A DNA stretch of 64,000 bases from Candidatus Oxydemutatoraceae bacterium. GTDB taxonomy: Bacteria > Pseudomonadota > Gammaproteobacteria > Poriferisulfidales > Oxydemutatoraceae. Numbering within the stretch: position 1 is the first letter of the stretch; each line of letters starts with the position of its first letter. Shown piece by piece: positions 1 through 11,700 of the stretch. The stretch is taken from the NCBI GenBank assembly GCA_965220085.1, contig CBDCOZ010000003.1, positions 1,120,001 through 1,184,000 on the forward strand, read 5' to 3'. The position numbers and the translations under genes were made by a program. The notes beneath the pieces are model-generated. The model made no database searches, had not been told where the DNA came from, and saw only the letters and a program-made list of their open reading frames with translations.

Positions 1-2
1 AT

Positions 3-1118
3 GTGCATCTGACTTTGGTGCCGTATTTGCAGAGCAGCGGTGAGATCAAGACCAAGCCGACCCAACATTCGGTCAAGGAGCTGCGCTCCATCGGAATTCA
101 ACCGGACGTGTTAATGTGCCGCACCCAATATGATTTGCCCAAGGAGCAGAGAGCAAAGATTGCGATGTTTACCAATATTTCTTCCGAGGCGGTGGTATCT
201 GCGATCGACCTTGAAGACCTGTACGAAGTTCCGCTGTGGCTGCACCGGCAAGGCGTGGATGACATTCTTGTCGGGAAACTGGGAATCGAAGCGCCGGCGG
301 CCGATCTGTCGGCATGGCAGCGGGTCGCAGACTTGCGCAAACGCGCGAAGGGCTGCGTGACGGTTGCCATTGTCGGCAAGTACATTGACTTGGCCGACGC
401 CTATAAGTCGATCAACGAGGCTTTGATTCACGCCGGTCTTGAGACCGCAACCCATATTGACGTGGAATATATAGACCCCGAAAACGACAGTGTCAAGCGT
501 TTGTCCGCGGCGGATGCGATTCTGGTGCCGGGCGGTTTCGGCGAACGCGGCGTCGAAGGCAAGGTGCGGGCGGTCGCGTATGCGCGCCAGAACAAAGTGC
601 CGTATTTCGGCATCTGTCTCGGCATGCAAGTGGCGGTGATAGAGTTTGCCCGCAACGTTGCCGGGCTGGACGGCGCGGGAAGTACCGAATTCAGCGCCAA
701 GCCGCCGCATCCGGTTATCGCGATGATGAGCGAGTGGATGGACGATTCGGGCAAGCTGGAGCAACGCGACATTGATTCGGATATGGGCGGCACGATGCGG
801 CTCGGGGCGCAGCCGTGCAAGCTGCTGTCGGGCTCGCGGATTCGCGAGGCATACGGTCGCGACGAGATCATTGAGCGCCATCGCCACCGCTACGAGTTTA
901 ATAACAACTATGCGGACAGGTTGGAGCGGGCCGGGCTTTTGATCGCGAGCAAATCATCAAATAACGAGTTGGTCGAAGTGGTGGAGTTGAAAGACCATCC
1001 GTGGTTTGTCGGCTGCCAGTTTCATCCCGAGTTCACCTCCAGGCCGCGCAACCCGCACCCGCTTTTTTGCAGCTTTGTCAATGCCGCGAAAGAATACAAA
1101 GAGGGGCGACAACAATGA
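3..1118 (+). CDS. pyrG: CTP synthase (5' end outside window)
   Basis: [32 protein letters not shown] and QFHPE motifs; upstream of kdsA-eno. Confidence 0.97.
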   Translation: MHLTLVPYLQSSGEIKTKPTQHSVKELRSIGIQPDVLMCRTQYDLPKEQRAKIAMFTNISSEAVVSAIDLEDLYEVPLWLHRQGVDDILVGKLGIEAPAADLSAWQRVADLRKRAKGCVTVAIVGKYIDLADAYKSINEALIHAGLETATHIDVEYIDPENDSVKRLSAADAILVPGGFGERGVEGKVRAVAYARQNKVPYFGICLGMQVAVIEFARNVAGLDGAGSTEFSAKPPHPVIAMMSEWMDDSGKLEQRDIDSDMGGTMRLGAQPCKLLSGSRIREAYGRDEIIERHRHRYEFNNNYADRLERAGLLIASKSSNNELVEVVELKDHPWFVGCQFHPEFTSRPRNPHPLFCSFVNAAKEYKEGRQQ

Positions 1119-1927
1119 AACTATGTCATTTTGAAGCCGGGCTTGAGCATCCGTTCTTTCTGATTTCCGGCCCTTGTGTCGTGGAGAGCGAAGAGCTCGC
1201 TATGGAGACTGCGGGAACTTTGAAGCAGATCACCGACGAATTGGGCATTCCGTTCATCTATAAATCGTCGTTTGATAAGGCCAACCGTTCCTCGCATCGG
1301 AATTTTCGCGGTATCGGCTTTGAAAAAGCCCTGGCGGCGCTGGAAAAAGTGCGCGCGACGGTAGGGGCGCCGGTGCTGACCGATGTGCACGAAGATACGC
1401 CGATGGACGAAGTCGCGGCCGTCGCGGATGTGTTACAGACGCCGGCTTTGCTGTGCCGGCAGACGAATTTCATACAGAGGGCAGCCGCCGCCGGCAAGCC
1501 CGTGAATCTTAAGAAGGGACAGTTTATGTCGCCGTGGGAGATGCGACATGTGGTCGATAAGGCGCGCGCTGTCGGCAACGAACAATTGCTTGTTTGCGAA
1601 AGAGGGTTTAGTTTTGGGTACAATAATCTGGTATCCGACATGCGTTCGCTGGCAGTGATGCGGGATACGGGTTGTCCGGTTATATTTGACGCGACACACT
1701 CGGCCCAGTTGCCCGGCGCAAAAGGCGGGGCGTCGGGCGGCCAGCGCGAGTTCGTGCCGGTCTTGGCGTCGGCTGCGATCGGGGCCGGGGTTGCGGGGCT
1801 GTTTATGGAGTCGCACCCCGACCCCGAAGCGGCATTGAGCGACGGGCCGAATTCGTGGCCGCTCGCCGATATGCGGGATTTGCTACGGCGCCTGAAAGCT
1901 CTGGATGCCGCGGCAAAAGGACATTGA
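1115..1927 (+). CDS. kdsA: KDO8P synthase
   Basis: [22 protein letters not shown] motifs; ATG at 1115 overlaps pyrG stop. Confidence 0.96.
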   Translation: MKLCHFEAGLEHPFFLISGPCVVESEELAMETAGTLKQITDELGIPFIYKSSFDKANRSSHRNFRGIGFEKALAALEKVRATVGAPVLTDVHEDTPMDEVAAVADVLQTPALLCRQTNFIQRAAAAGKPVNLKKGQFMSPWEMRHVVDKARAVGNEQLLVCERGFSFGYNNLVSDMRSLAVMRDTGCPVIFDATHSAQLPGAKGGASGGQREFVPVLASAAIGAGVAGLFMESHPDPEAALSDGPNSWPLADMRDLLRRLKALDAAAKGH

Positions 1928-1948
1928 GCCGAAGAAAACTTAGAAACT

Positions 1949-3238
1949 ATGAAAGCTATTTCTGACATCCGGGCGCGCGAGATCATTGACTCGCGCGGTA
2001 ACCCGACGGTTGAAGCCGATGTGATCGTCGGCGATGTATGCGGTCGCGCGGCGGTTCCGTCCGGCGCGTCAACGGGCGCGCTGGAGGCGATCGAGTTGCG
2101 CGACGGGGATGCCGCGCGCTTCAAAGGCAAAGGGGTTCTCAAGGCGGTTGATAATGTCAATACGAAGATTCGGGATGCGTTGGTCGGCACGGACATAGAC
2201 GATCAGGCGGCGATTGACCGCGCGATGATCGCTTTGGACGGCAGCAAAGACAAGGGGCGACTCGGCGCGAATGCCGTGCTTGCCGTATCGCTTGCGGCAG
2301 CAAAAGCCGCCGCGGCGCTGCGCTCGGTTCCCCTTTATCGCCATCTTGCCGACGGCAGGCAACCGCTGTTGCCGGCGCCGTTAATCAATATCCTGAACGG
2401 CGGGTCTCACGCCGACAACAGCGTTGACTTGCAAGAATTCATGATTGTGCCGGTCGGCGCGGGAAGTTTCGGCGATGCGGTTCGGGCGGGCGCGGAAGTG
2501 TTTGCTTCTTTGCGCGGCATTCTCAAGAAGCAAGGGCTTAGCACGGCGGTGGGCGACGAAGGGGGCGTCGCGCCCAACCTGCCGTCTAATGAATCCGCGA
2601 TCGATATCATTTTGGAAGCGATTCAGGTTGCGGGTTATTCGCCCGGGAAGGACATATGGCTTGCGTTGGATGTGGCCAGTTCGGAATTCTTTGCCGACGG
2701 CAAGTACCATCTGCAATCCGAAAATGCGCAATACAGCGCCGCCGAATTCGTTGACTACCTGGCTGACTGGGTCGGGAAATATCCGATTTTATCGATTGAA
2801 GACGCCCTGTCCGAGACCGACTGGGACGGTTGGAAACTATTGACCGAAAAGCTCGGGGACAAGGCACAGCTTGTCGGTGACGATTTGTTTGTGACCAATG
2901 TCGATTTGATCAAGAAAGGCATCGATATGGGAGTCGCCAATTCGGTTTTGGTCAAGCCGAACCAAATCGGCACCTTGACCGAGACGCTGGAGGCAATCGC
3001 GATTGCGACGGAAGCCGCCTACAGCTGTGTTATTTCTCATCGCTCGGGCGAGACGGAGGACGTAACGATTGCGGACTTTGCGGTAGCGAGCGCGGTCGGT
3101 CAGATCAAAACAGGTTCCCTTTCCCGTACCGATCGGGTGGCGAAATACAATCAACTCCTGCGCATAGAAGAAGAACTCGGCGCGGCTGCCCGCTTTGAGC
3201 CGGCGCAAGTGTTCAAGCGGTTTCTGCGCTCACATTAA
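1949..3238 (+). CDS. eno: Enolase
   Basis: [32 protein letters not shown] motifs. Confidence 0.98.
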   Translation: MKAISDIRAREIIDSRGNPTVEADVIVGDVCGRAAVPSGASTGALEAIELRDGDAARFKGKGVLKAVDNVNTKIRDALVGTDIDDQAAIDRAMIALDGSKDKGRLGANAVLAVSLAAAKAAAALRSVPLYRHLADGRQPLLPAPLINILNGGSHADNSVDLQEFMIVPVGAGSFGDAVRAGAEVFASLRGILKKQGLSTAVGDEGGVAPNLPSNESAIDIILEAIQVAGYSPGKDIWLALDVASSEFFADGKYHLQSENAQYSAAEFVDYLADWVGKYPILSIEDALSETDWDGWKLLTEKLGDKAQLVGDDLFVTNVDLIKKGIDMGVANSVLVKPNQIGTLTETLEAIAIATEAAYSCVISHRSGETEDVTIADFAVASAVGQIKTGSLSRTDRVAKYNQLLRIEEELGAAARFEPAQVFKRFLRSH

Positions 3239-3247
3239 TCTCTGTTG

Positions 3248-4357
3248 ATGCCTGCCAGCCCTATTCCCGATATTGTAGAAGCGATTCGCGCCGGGCGTCC
3301 GGTCATCGTGCTCGATGACGAAGGGCGCGAAAATGAAGGCGATTTGATAGTCGCCGCCGAGTTGGCGACTCCGGAGCATATCAATTTTATGTCCAAGCAC
3401 GGGCGCGGCTTAATCTGTTTGGCATTGAGCAGCGAGCGCTGCGACTATCTCAATCTGCCGCTGATGGTCAAGGACACCGATTTTCACAAGACGACGAACT
3501 TTACCGTATCGATCGAAGCGTGCAAGGGCGTCACCACGGGCATCTCGGCGCAAGATCGCGCGCATACGATTCGGGTTGCCACCGCCGCCGATACGCAGCC
3601 CGAAGATATCACCCAACCGGGGCATGTGTTCCCGCTGATGGAGCAGCCCGGCGGAGTATTGGCGCGTGCCGGTCATACCGAGGCGGGTTGTGATTTGGCG
3701 CGACTTGCCGGTTTCGGGCCGGCGGCGGTGATTGTTGAGATTCTTAACGATGATGGCAGCATGGCGCGGCGTCCCGAGCTTGAAACTTTTGCCCGCGAGC
3801 ACGATCTCAAGATTTGTACCGTGGAGGACTTGATCCGTTATCGCATTGAGCACGGGAAGACCGTAGTATCGCTTCTGTCCGCACCGGTAAAGACGCAATA
3901 CGGCGAATTTGTATTGCATGCGTATGACGATCTGGCTAATCGGGTTGTACATCTCGCTTTAGTTAAAGGAAATATAAAAAGGAATGAGCCGACTCTGGTG
4001 CGGGTGCATGTGGAAAACGCTTTATACGATGCGTTTGGCATAATCGCACCGCAACCGAGATGGTCAATAGAGAGCGTTATGCAATATGTTTCCAAACAAG
4101 ACTGCGCATCAGCAGTTGTTTTTCTGCGTTTGCCGGAGAGCGACGGTGAGATTCGCAACCGCCTCTCGACAATTGCATCAAAAGAGCGACAGCAAGCGGA
4201 TGATAACAATGAAAGGGAGCGTTGGACGCTGGGTATCGGCAGCCAGATTTTGAATGAACTCGGCGTCGGCAAGATGCGCTTGATGAGCACGCCGCAAAAG
4301 TTTCACGGCCTCGGCGGCTTCGGCTTATCGGTGGAAAGTTATGTCAAAGAAGCATAA
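3248..4357 (+). CDS. ribB: DHBP synthase fused to a degenerate GTP cyclohydrolase II-like domain (RibBX type)
   Basis: RENEGD, GVTTGISA, GHTEA; C-terminal domain has VRVH but lacks the Zn-binding cysteines. Confidence 0.9.
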   Translation: MPASPIPDIVEAIRAGRPVIVLDDEGRENEGDLIVAAELATPEHINFMSKHGRGLICLALSSERCDYLNLPLMVKDTDFHKTTNFTVSIEACKGVTTGISAQDRAHTIRVATAADTQPEDITQPGHVFPLMEQPGGVLARAGHTEAGCDLARLAGFGPAAVIVEILNDDGSMARRPELETFAREHDLKICTVEDLIRYRIEHGKTVVSLLSAPVKTQYGEFVLHAYDDLANRVVHLALVKGNIKRNEPTLVRVHVENALYDAFGIIAPQPRWSIESVMQYVSKQDCASAVVFLRLPESDGEIRNRLSTIASKERQQADDNNERERWTLGIGSQILNELGVGKMRLMSTPQKFHGLGGFGLSVESYVKEA

Positions 4358-4823
4358 GGAACATAACGCGCTGCCCGACGGCAGCGGCCTGCATATCGCT
4401 ATCGTTGCGGCCAAATACAACCGCAAGATAACCGATGCGATGGTTGCGAGCGCCGAGCATGCTTTGGCAGCGCGCAAAGTCGCGCGCACGGAGGTATGGC
4501 GTGTCCCGGGTGTTTTTGAGATTCCTTTGGCGGTACGGCAGTTGCTCAAAGATAAGGGCTGCGACGGGGTCGTCGCGCTCGGTTGTGTGATTCGCGGTGA
4601 GACCGCGCATTTTGATCAGATCGTTTCATCCTGCACGCGCGGCATACAAAAGGTGTCGCTTGATTCGGGCATTCCTGTCGGGCACGGTATCTTAGCGGTT
4701 GAAAACGAAGCGCAAGCTTTGGTGCGCTGTCAAGCGGGCGGTGATCACGACCGTGCCGCCGAAGCGGCTGTGGCGGTTTTGGAACTCGCCCGCCTGTTCA
4801 AGGAAATGCCGAATGGCGGATGA
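4341..4823 (+). CDS. ribH: Lumazine synthase
   Basis: VPGVFEIP, LGCVIRGETAHF; position before nusB. Confidence 0.95.
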   Translation: MSKKHKEHNALPDGSGLHIAIVAAKYNRKITDAMVASAEHALAARKVARTEVWRVPGVFEIPLAVRQLLKDKGCDGVVALGCVIRGETAHFDQIVSSCTRGIQKVSLDSGIPVGHGILAVENEAQALVRCQAGGDHDRAAEAAVAVLELARLFKEMPNGG

Positions 4824-6186
4824 TCGGCAAGAATTCTTTCATGCCCGCAGCCGCGCCCGGCGGCTTGCGATGCAGGCGCTATACCAATGGCAGATTACGG
4901 CGGGTGATATCAATGAGATTGCCAAGCAGTTTGAGAGCGACGACGGCTACGACAAGGTCAATCAGAAGCATTTTCAAGCGTTGCTGCATGCAGCCGCGCA
5001 GCGGGAATTTGATACGCAGATTGAAGCCTGCATGGATGTCTCTATTAAGAAACTTGACCCGATTGAATGGGCGATTATTTGCAATGCGGCATATGAGATT
5101 ACCCACTGTGATGATATTGACGCTGCTGTCGCCATTACCGAAGCAGTCCGGCTGGCAAAGAAGTTCGGCGGAGAGAACAGCTACAAATTTGTTAACGGTG
5201 TGCTGAACAAACTTGCGGGGCGACAATCGTCGGCAAGTGAGGAAAATCTGATAAAAAAGTACTTTGAAAAGGCCTGTGGTGAAGAGGTCGCACTTGGCAT
5301 CGGCGATGACGCCGCTGTCATAAGCGGTATTCGCGACAATCTGCTTGTGTCAACCGATACCATGGTGGAAGGGGTGCACTTTGAGAAAGAAGATGATGCG
5401 AGCGATGTGGGATACAAAGCGCTGGCTGCCGCCCTGAGTGATTTGGCCGCGATGGGTGCGGATCCTAAGTGGGCCCTGCTCGCTGTGAGTTTGCCACAAG
5501 CGGACGAGCAATGGATTGAACGCTTTGCCGATGGTTTTTTCACAGTGGCAAAAAAGTATGGAGTGGACTTGATTGGCGGCGATACGACACGCGGCCCTTT
5601 GACCATCACCGTGCAAGTGCTTGGAGTGGCACAGTCAAAATATATGACCCGTGGTAGTGCGCAGAGCGGTCAGGGTGTTTATGTGACCGGTGCGGTAGCG
5701 GCGATAGCTTTGGCCGCCCTGCATGCGGATGAGATATCAAAGTGCGGGGCACAGTCGATGGCGCAGTGTCTGGAAAGACAGAAGCGGCCTGATCCGCGTA
5801 TTGATGCGGGGAAAATTATTGCTCAGTATGCGAGCGCGGCAACTGATACATCGGACGGATTGCTAATAGACCTTACGCATATATTGTCGGCAAGCGGAGT
5901 CGGTGCGACCGTTGAAATACAGAATCTGCCATTTGTTGATGGCTACCAACAGTGTTGCTCTGATATCGGCGGCATCCTTGAAATATTAACTTATGGCGGG
6001 GATTTTGAATTGCTGTTTGCGATGGATGAGAAACATTATCCCGACTTGCAGAAGGCATTGTCTGAGGTATCAATCACAGCAACACAAATTGCCACCATAG
6101 AAGACGCTTCCGGCTTGCGTTGCACCTTCAATGGTGAAGCTGTCACGTTGCCGGACCCGCTTGGATATGACCACTTCCGGCGGTAA
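4813..6186 (+). CDS. In-frame fusion of NusB and thiamine-monophosphate kinase ThiL
   Basis: N-terminal RSRARRLAMQALYQW...KFVNGVL (NusB) continues without a stop into GIGDDAA, DTMVEGVHF, SDLAAMGA, GGDT, DTSDGL (ThiL). Confidence 0.88.
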   Translation: MADDRQEFFHARSRARRLAMQALYQWQITAGDINEIAKQFESDDGYDKVNQKHFQALLHAAAQREFDTQIEACMDVSIKKLDPIEWAIICNAAYEITHCDDIDAAVAITEAVRLAKKFGGENSYKFVNGVLNKLAGRQSSASEENLIKKYFEKACGEEVALGIGDDAAVISGIRDNLLVSTDTMVEGVHFEKEDDASDVGYKALAAALSDLAAMGADPKWALLAVSLPQADEQWIERFADGFFTVAKKYGVDLIGGDTTRGPLTITVQVLGVAQSKYMTRGSAQSGQGVYVTGAVAAIALAALHADEISKCGAQSMAQCLERQKRPDPRIDAGKIIAQYASAATDTSDGLLIDLTHILSASGVGATVEIQNLPFVDGYQQCCSDIGGILEILTYGGDFELLFAMDEKHYPDLQKALSEVSITATQIATIEDASGLRCTFNGEAVTLPDPLGYDHFRR

Positions 6187-6196
6187 ATATCAGTGG

Positions 6197-6676
6197 ATGC
6201 GTGACCCCGATATAAAATTTCTCTTCAGCAATCCGGTGCATTGGGTATCCCTCGGTCTCGGTGCCGGATTATCGCCTGTCGCCCCGGGTACTTTGGGCAC
6301 CGTGGTCGGCGTCGGGCTGTACTTTCTTGTCTCCGAGTGGTCATTACCACTTTACTTGCTTCTCGTTGCGGTATTATTCTTTGCAGGTTGTCTCGCAGCC
6401 GGTTTCACTTCCCGTAAGTTGGGAGCCCATGACCACGGGAGCATTGTAATCGATGAGATTGTCGGTATGCTGCTGGCATTAGCCCACTGTCCGGCGGGCC
6501 TTGGCTGGGTGTTGCTCGCTTTTTTGCTATTCCGCGCTCTGGATATTTTGAAACCGTGGCCGATAGGGGTTATCGACCGGCGCGCGCCCGGCGGCGCGGG
6601 CATCATGCTTGATGATTTGGCGGCGGGCGCCTATGCTTTGATCGCAATTCAAACAGCAAATTTTCTGACCGCATGA
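6197..6676 (+). CDS. pgpA: Phosphatidylglycerophosphatase A
   Basis: APGTLGT, IVIDEIVG, FRALDILKPWPI, GIMLDD; follows thiL. Confidence 0.94.
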   Translation: MRDPDIKFLFSNPVHWVSLGLGAGLSPVAPGTLGTVVGVGLYFLVSEWSLPLYLLLVAVLFFAGCLAAGFTSRKLGAHDHGSIVIDEIVGMLLALAHCPAGLGWVLLAFLLFRALDILKPWPIGVIDRRAPGGAGIMLDDLAAGAYALIAIQTANFLTA

Positions 6677-8076
6677 GTAACGCCGACAATATCCGCACCC
6701 GTTTCGCGCCCAGCCCGACCGGCTTCTTGCATATAGGCGGCGCGCGCACGGCGCTTTTCTCATGGCTTTATGCGCGTCATCACGGCGGCTCTTTTGTGCT
6801 TCGCATAGAGGACACGGACGAAGCGCGTTCCAGTCCGGAGTTGAGCCGCAGCATACTGGAGGCATTGGCATGGCTTGGCATCGACCACGATGAGGAAGTG
6901 ATCTATCAGAGCGAGCGGCGCGCGCGTTATGCCGAAGCGGTCACACAGTTACTGGACGAAGGCAAAGCCTATCGCTGCTATTGCACCCGCTCCGAATTGG
7001 AAGCGCTGCGCGCCGAACAGATAGCCGCCAAACAAAAGCCGCGCTATGACGGCCGCTGCCGCACCCGCGCTTCGCCGCGACCGGGCGTTGATCCGGTTAT
7101 TCGTTTTATCACCCCGCGGCAAGGTAGCGTCGTATTTGATGACCGCGTGCGCGGGCGCGTACAAACGGAGAATGCGGAACTCGATGATCTCGTTATCATG
7201 CGCGCCGACGGCGCGCCGACCTATAACTTTTCCGTTGTGATTGACGATGCGGATATGCGAATCAGCCATGTCGTGCGGGGCGATGACCACCTCAGCAACA
7301 CCCCGCGCCAGATTCATATCCAAAAGGCTCTTGCCATCGCGCAACCGGCCTATGCGCATTTGCCGATGATTCTGGATGCGGACGGCAAGCGCATGTCAAA
7401 GCGGGACGGCGCGATCAGCGTCGAATATTACCGCGAGCGCGGTTATCTGCCGCAAGCCTTGCTCAATTATCTGGTGCGTTTAGGGTGGTCGCGCGGCAAT
7501 CAGGAAATATTTTCATTGCAGGAGATGATCGATTGTTTTGACTTGGGCGCAGTCAGCTCTTCGGCTGCCGCTGTCAACCCGGATAAACTGGACTGGCTCA
7601 ACTCGCACTACCTGAATGAGATGCCGATTGACGAGTTGGTTGATTCATTTACCGCACAGCTCAATGTGCTTGGCTGGGATACGGCGGGAGGGCCGTCACC
7701 CGCTACGGTTATCCCGCTATTGCGCGAACGATATAAAACCGTCGTCGCAATGGCCGAGGGCAGCCAATTTCTTTATTGCGATGAGGCGGGGAGCGATGGC
7801 CGGGACGCAAGCCGGTATCTGACGCCCGACACGCGTCGGTTGCTTGAATACGCGTTGTCCGAGTTTGCAAAAGTTGATTGCTGGCAAGAGGACGCCTTGA
7901 AGCGGACGCTCAAATCCATTCTGGCGACGTTGGATATCGGCATGGGAAAACTGGGCAAGCCTTTGCGTGCTATTTTGACCGCCGGCGCGGCCGCTCCCGA
8001 CCTGGCGCTGACGATGGAGTGGATTGGCAAGCGCCGTTGTCTGGCCCGCATTGCGGCGGCTCTCAAAGAGCGCTAA
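6673..8076 (+). CDS. gltX: Glutamate--tRNA ligase
   Basis: RFAPSPTGFLHIGG, LRIEDTD, RMSKR (KMSKS-like). Confidence 0.96.
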   Translation: MSNADNIRTRFAPSPTGFLHIGGARTALFSWLYARHHGGSFVLRIEDTDEARSSPELSRSILEALAWLGIDHDEEVIYQSERRARYAEAVTQLLDEGKAYRCYCTRSELEALRAEQIAAKQKPRYDGRCRTRASPRPGVDPVIRFITPRQGSVVFDDRVRGRVQTENAELDDLVIMRADGAPTYNFSVVIDDADMRISHVVRGDDHLSNTPRQIHIQKALAIAQPAYAHLPMILDADGKRMSKRDGAISVEYYRERGYLPQALLNYLVRLGWSRGNQEIFSLQEMIDCFDLGAVSSSAAAVNPDKLDWLNSHYLNEMPIDELVDSFTAQLNVLGWDTAGGPSPATVIPLLRERYKTVVAMAEGSQFLYCDEAGSDGRDASRYLTPDTRRLLEYALSEFAKVDCWQEDALKRTLKSILATLDIGMGKLGKPLRAILTAGAAAPDLALTMEWIGKRRCLARIAAALKER

Positions 8077-8091
8077 GCGGCGCCCGGATCA

Positions 8092-8721
8092 TCATTCGCC
8101 ATCGTCCTCAACCGCCGTGATATATGCCAGAATGCCGATGGCGGGATGATCCAGATAATGCAACTCGCCCTCACCCAGTATCTTTTTGATGTGGATTGAG
8201 ATCGGGGATCTCTGACCCGACAAAGAATCGGTTAATTGGGGTTCTTTTTCAAACGATGCATCGTATTGGAAATCAAGCCGCAATTGAAAATAACGTTCGT
8301 AACTGGCCCACGCTATTCCCTTTAACAACCCTTTGACCGGTTCGGGCACGATATTGATATGTTTCGCCTGCGCCCGGGAGTAGGGCGGCTGTTGCCAGAC
8401 GATGTGATACAAGACCTCAAACTGATCCGAGTCCTCAAACTTTTGTGCCTCTGCGTTCAGATGAAACCGGCTCGTGTCCGCAACGATATGCGTTTCGCTG
8501 TCTGATGACGCTTTGAATATATCAAGCGCCGCCTGTTGCAAGCGGTACTCAAGGTTCGGGTTGATTACCTTCTCCAGTTGATCCAACTGCGTGTCAGAGT
8601 GCTTTACGATTAACAATTCAAGCTGATATGCTTTTGCCGCTTCTTGTGCGGTTGACGGAACTGAGAGTACGCTCAAAACGAGGAGCAACGCCGATAGGTA
8701 TTTCTTGCCGGGCTTTGTCAT
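8092..8721 (-). CDS. Exported CsiV-like (peptidoglycan-binding) protein
   Basis: Signal peptide, YQLELLI, W-Q-Q-P, ELHYLDHPAIGIL C-terminus; position downstream of mfd. Confidence 0.6.
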   Translation of the reverse strand: MTKPGKKYLSALLLVLSVLSVPSTAQEAAKAYQLELLIVKHSDTQLDQLEKVINPNLEYRLQQAALDIFKASSDSETHIVADTSRFHLNAEAQKFEDSDQFEVLYHIVWQQPPYSRAQAKHINIVPEPVKGLLKGIAWASYERYFQLRLDFQYDASFEKEPQLTDSLSGQRSPISIHIKKILGEGELHYLDHPAIGILAYITAVEDDGE

Positions 8722-8764
8722 GTGTTTATTGTAATGCGTGTGTCCAATCCGTGCCAGCGGTGAT

Positions 8765-11700
8765 TTATGCGCGAACGGACTCAATAAACCGGATGAGCTT
8801 GTCATGGAGCGATTCAATCGTCTCCTTGTCCCGGTCCCTGAGCAGCAGAGATTGATTGCCGTAGAGCTGATAATCCCCGGGCTTGTCGGACACCAGCGAC
8901 AATAACTTGTCCGTATCAATCTTGGTATTTTCATCAAAGCGTATCCTGAGTCCGTCGGCCGTCTTTTTTGCTTCGGTGATATTCGCTTTGCGGCATTGTA
9001 TTCGCAGCGCGGCATTTTTGAACAGGTTCGTCAAATAGGGCGGCGGCTCCCCGAAGCGATCCCGCATCTCGGATTCCATTTCACGGATGGCGCCGTCGTC
9101 TTCCAGAGCGGCAATCTTGCGATACAGAATCAGACGCAGATTCACATCCGGCAAATAGTCATCCGGTATCAGCGCGGGTTCGCCGAGATCGATTTCGGTG
9201 ACCGTATCGAGCGGCTTGTCTATGTTGAACTCCTTGTCGGTTTTTAACACTTCGATCGCGCGGTTCAGCAAGCGGTTATACATGGCAAAACCGACCTCGT
9301 GAATATGCCCGCTTTGTTCCTTGCCCAACAACTCGCCGGCGCCCCGAATCTCCAAGTCTTGCAATGCCAAAGTGAGCCCGACACCCAAGTCTTTCAACGC
9401 TTCAATCGCTTCCAGTCGGCGCAGCGCATCCGGCGTCAATTCCGCTTTCGGCGGAATGAGCATATAGGCGTAGGCCGAGTGATGCGACCGCCCGATGCGC
9501 CCGCGCAATTGATGCAGTTGCGCGAGACCGAAATGATCGGCGCGGTTGATAATCATCGTATTGGCAGTCGGTATGTCTATGCCGTTTTCTATGATGGTCG
9601 TACACACCAGAACATTGCTCTTTTGGCTGTAGAAATCGAGCATAGATTTTTCCAGCGTATGTTCGCGCATCGCTCCGTGGGCGATTGAAATACGCGCTTC
9701 CGGCAGCAAGTCTCGCAACCGTTCGGCGATATCGTCTATCGTCTCGATGCGGTTATGGACAAAATATATTTGCCCGCCGCGGCGAATCTCGCGCTGGCAA
9801 GCTTCGCGAAGGAGCGCGTCATCCCATTGCTTGATAAAAGTTTTTATCGCATGGCGGCGCGCCGGCGGAGTGGATATGATGGTGATGTCGCGGAGCTTGT
9901 TCAAGGACATATTGAGGGTGCGCGGAATCGGGGTGGCGGTGAGCATAAGGACATCGGTTTTGGCGTATAAAGCCTTGATTTTCTCCTTGTTTTTCACCCC
10001 GAAGCGATGCTCTTCATCGACCACGATCAAGGCCAGTCTGCGGAAGCGGATATTGTTTTGCAACAGTTTGTGGGTGCCGACCACGATATCTACCGAGCCG
10101 TCTTTGATACCCGCAATCGTGCTTTTCTGACTCTTGGGCGTATTGAAGCGCGACAGCATCTCAACCCTGACCGGGTATCCGGAAAAGCGGTTATGGAATG
10201 TTTCAAAGTGTTGGCGCGCCAACAAAGTGGTCGGAGTCAATACCGCGACCTGATAGCCGCTGTGCGCGGCGATAAACATTCCCCGCATGGCGACCTCGGT
10301 TTTGCCGAAACCGACATCGCCGCAGATCACGCGGTCCATCGGTCTTGGCGATTGCATATCCGACAATATCTCGTCAATCGCTTTCTTCTGATCGGCTGTC
10401 TCTTCGTAAGGAAAGGTCGAAGCGAACAGATGGTATTCGGGGGTATCGGTTTGAAAGCGGAAGCCGCGCAGAGTCGCCCGCCGCGCCTGCGTGTCCAGCA
10501 GTTCGGCGGCAATGTCCGCCGCTTTCTGTGCCGCTTTGCGCTTGGCCGCATCCCATTGCTTGGCGCCGAGCTTGTGCAGCGGCGCATCGATCGCATCGCC
10601 GACGGCATAGCGGCTCAACAGGCGCAAGGCCGCGATCGGAACATAGAGCTTGTCGTTATCGGCATACTCGATCACGCAGAACTCGGATACCGCGCCCGAC
10701 ACTTCCAGTATTTCAAGACCGAGAAAGCGCCCGATACCGTGTTGCTCGTGTGCGACAGGGCAGCCGATTTCCAGATCGTTGATGTTTTTGATTATCAACT
10801 CGGCATTGTGCGCGCGTCGCGCGTCGCGTTTTTGTCGCGCGATATGTCGTCCGAGGACTTTGTGGTCGGGTATCAGAGCGATTCCTTCCTGCGCCAGAAT
10901 CACGCCGTCGTGTAAGTTGCCGGGGCATATTCCCGTCTTGCAGTCATCGGCGACGAATTGTTGCCAGCTTTTAACGCTGCGCGGTTTTGCTTTTAAGTCG
11001 GTCAGCAGTTTCAGAATCTGTTCGCGATAGCTCGGCGATTCGGAGGCAAATAAGATGCGCCCGTCAAAGTTGTCTATAAAATCCCGCAGGTTGCGGGTGG
11101 GTTCTTGCAAACCGGCATCCAGCGCGACCGGCGGCAGGAAACGATATGCCGCCTCGCCCGTCTCCTCTTTGAAGCGGGACAGCCGTATCATTCCGAACTT
11201 CTCCAGATGGCGTTTGATTTCATCGGCAGTATGGCAGAGCCTGTCCACAGCAAGCAACGGCCAGCGCCGGTCATCGTTGAGTTGTTCGTAGCGGTCGCTT
11301 ACATACGCCCGGTAGCGCTCGATGTCGTGATCGATAGTTTCATCACAGATGACCACGCAATCTTGACGGATGTATTCCGGCAGGCTGCTGAGCTCCTCAA
11401 AAAACAATGGCAGATAGGACTCTATCCCGTCCGGCACGATGCCCTCGCTGACTTCCCGATAGACAAGAGATTCGGCGGGCGTCTGATGAAACTCGGTTCT
11501 GAAGCGGCTGCGAAAGAATTCAATCGCTTGCTTCGTGAAAGGATGCTCCCGTGACGGCAGCACCCGAACCGACTCCGTGTTTCTTTTTGAAAGCTGGGTG
11601 GCGGGGTCAAAGAAACGCAAGGTTTCTATCTGTTCGTCAAACAGATCCATGCGCACGGGGCAGTCGCTTCCCGCCGGAAAGAAATCTATGATTGAGCCGC

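Noticed and set aside
3248-4357. Novel fusion or active bifunctional RibBA
   Set aside because: A degenerate cyclohydrolase domain fused to RibB is a known proteobacterial arrangement
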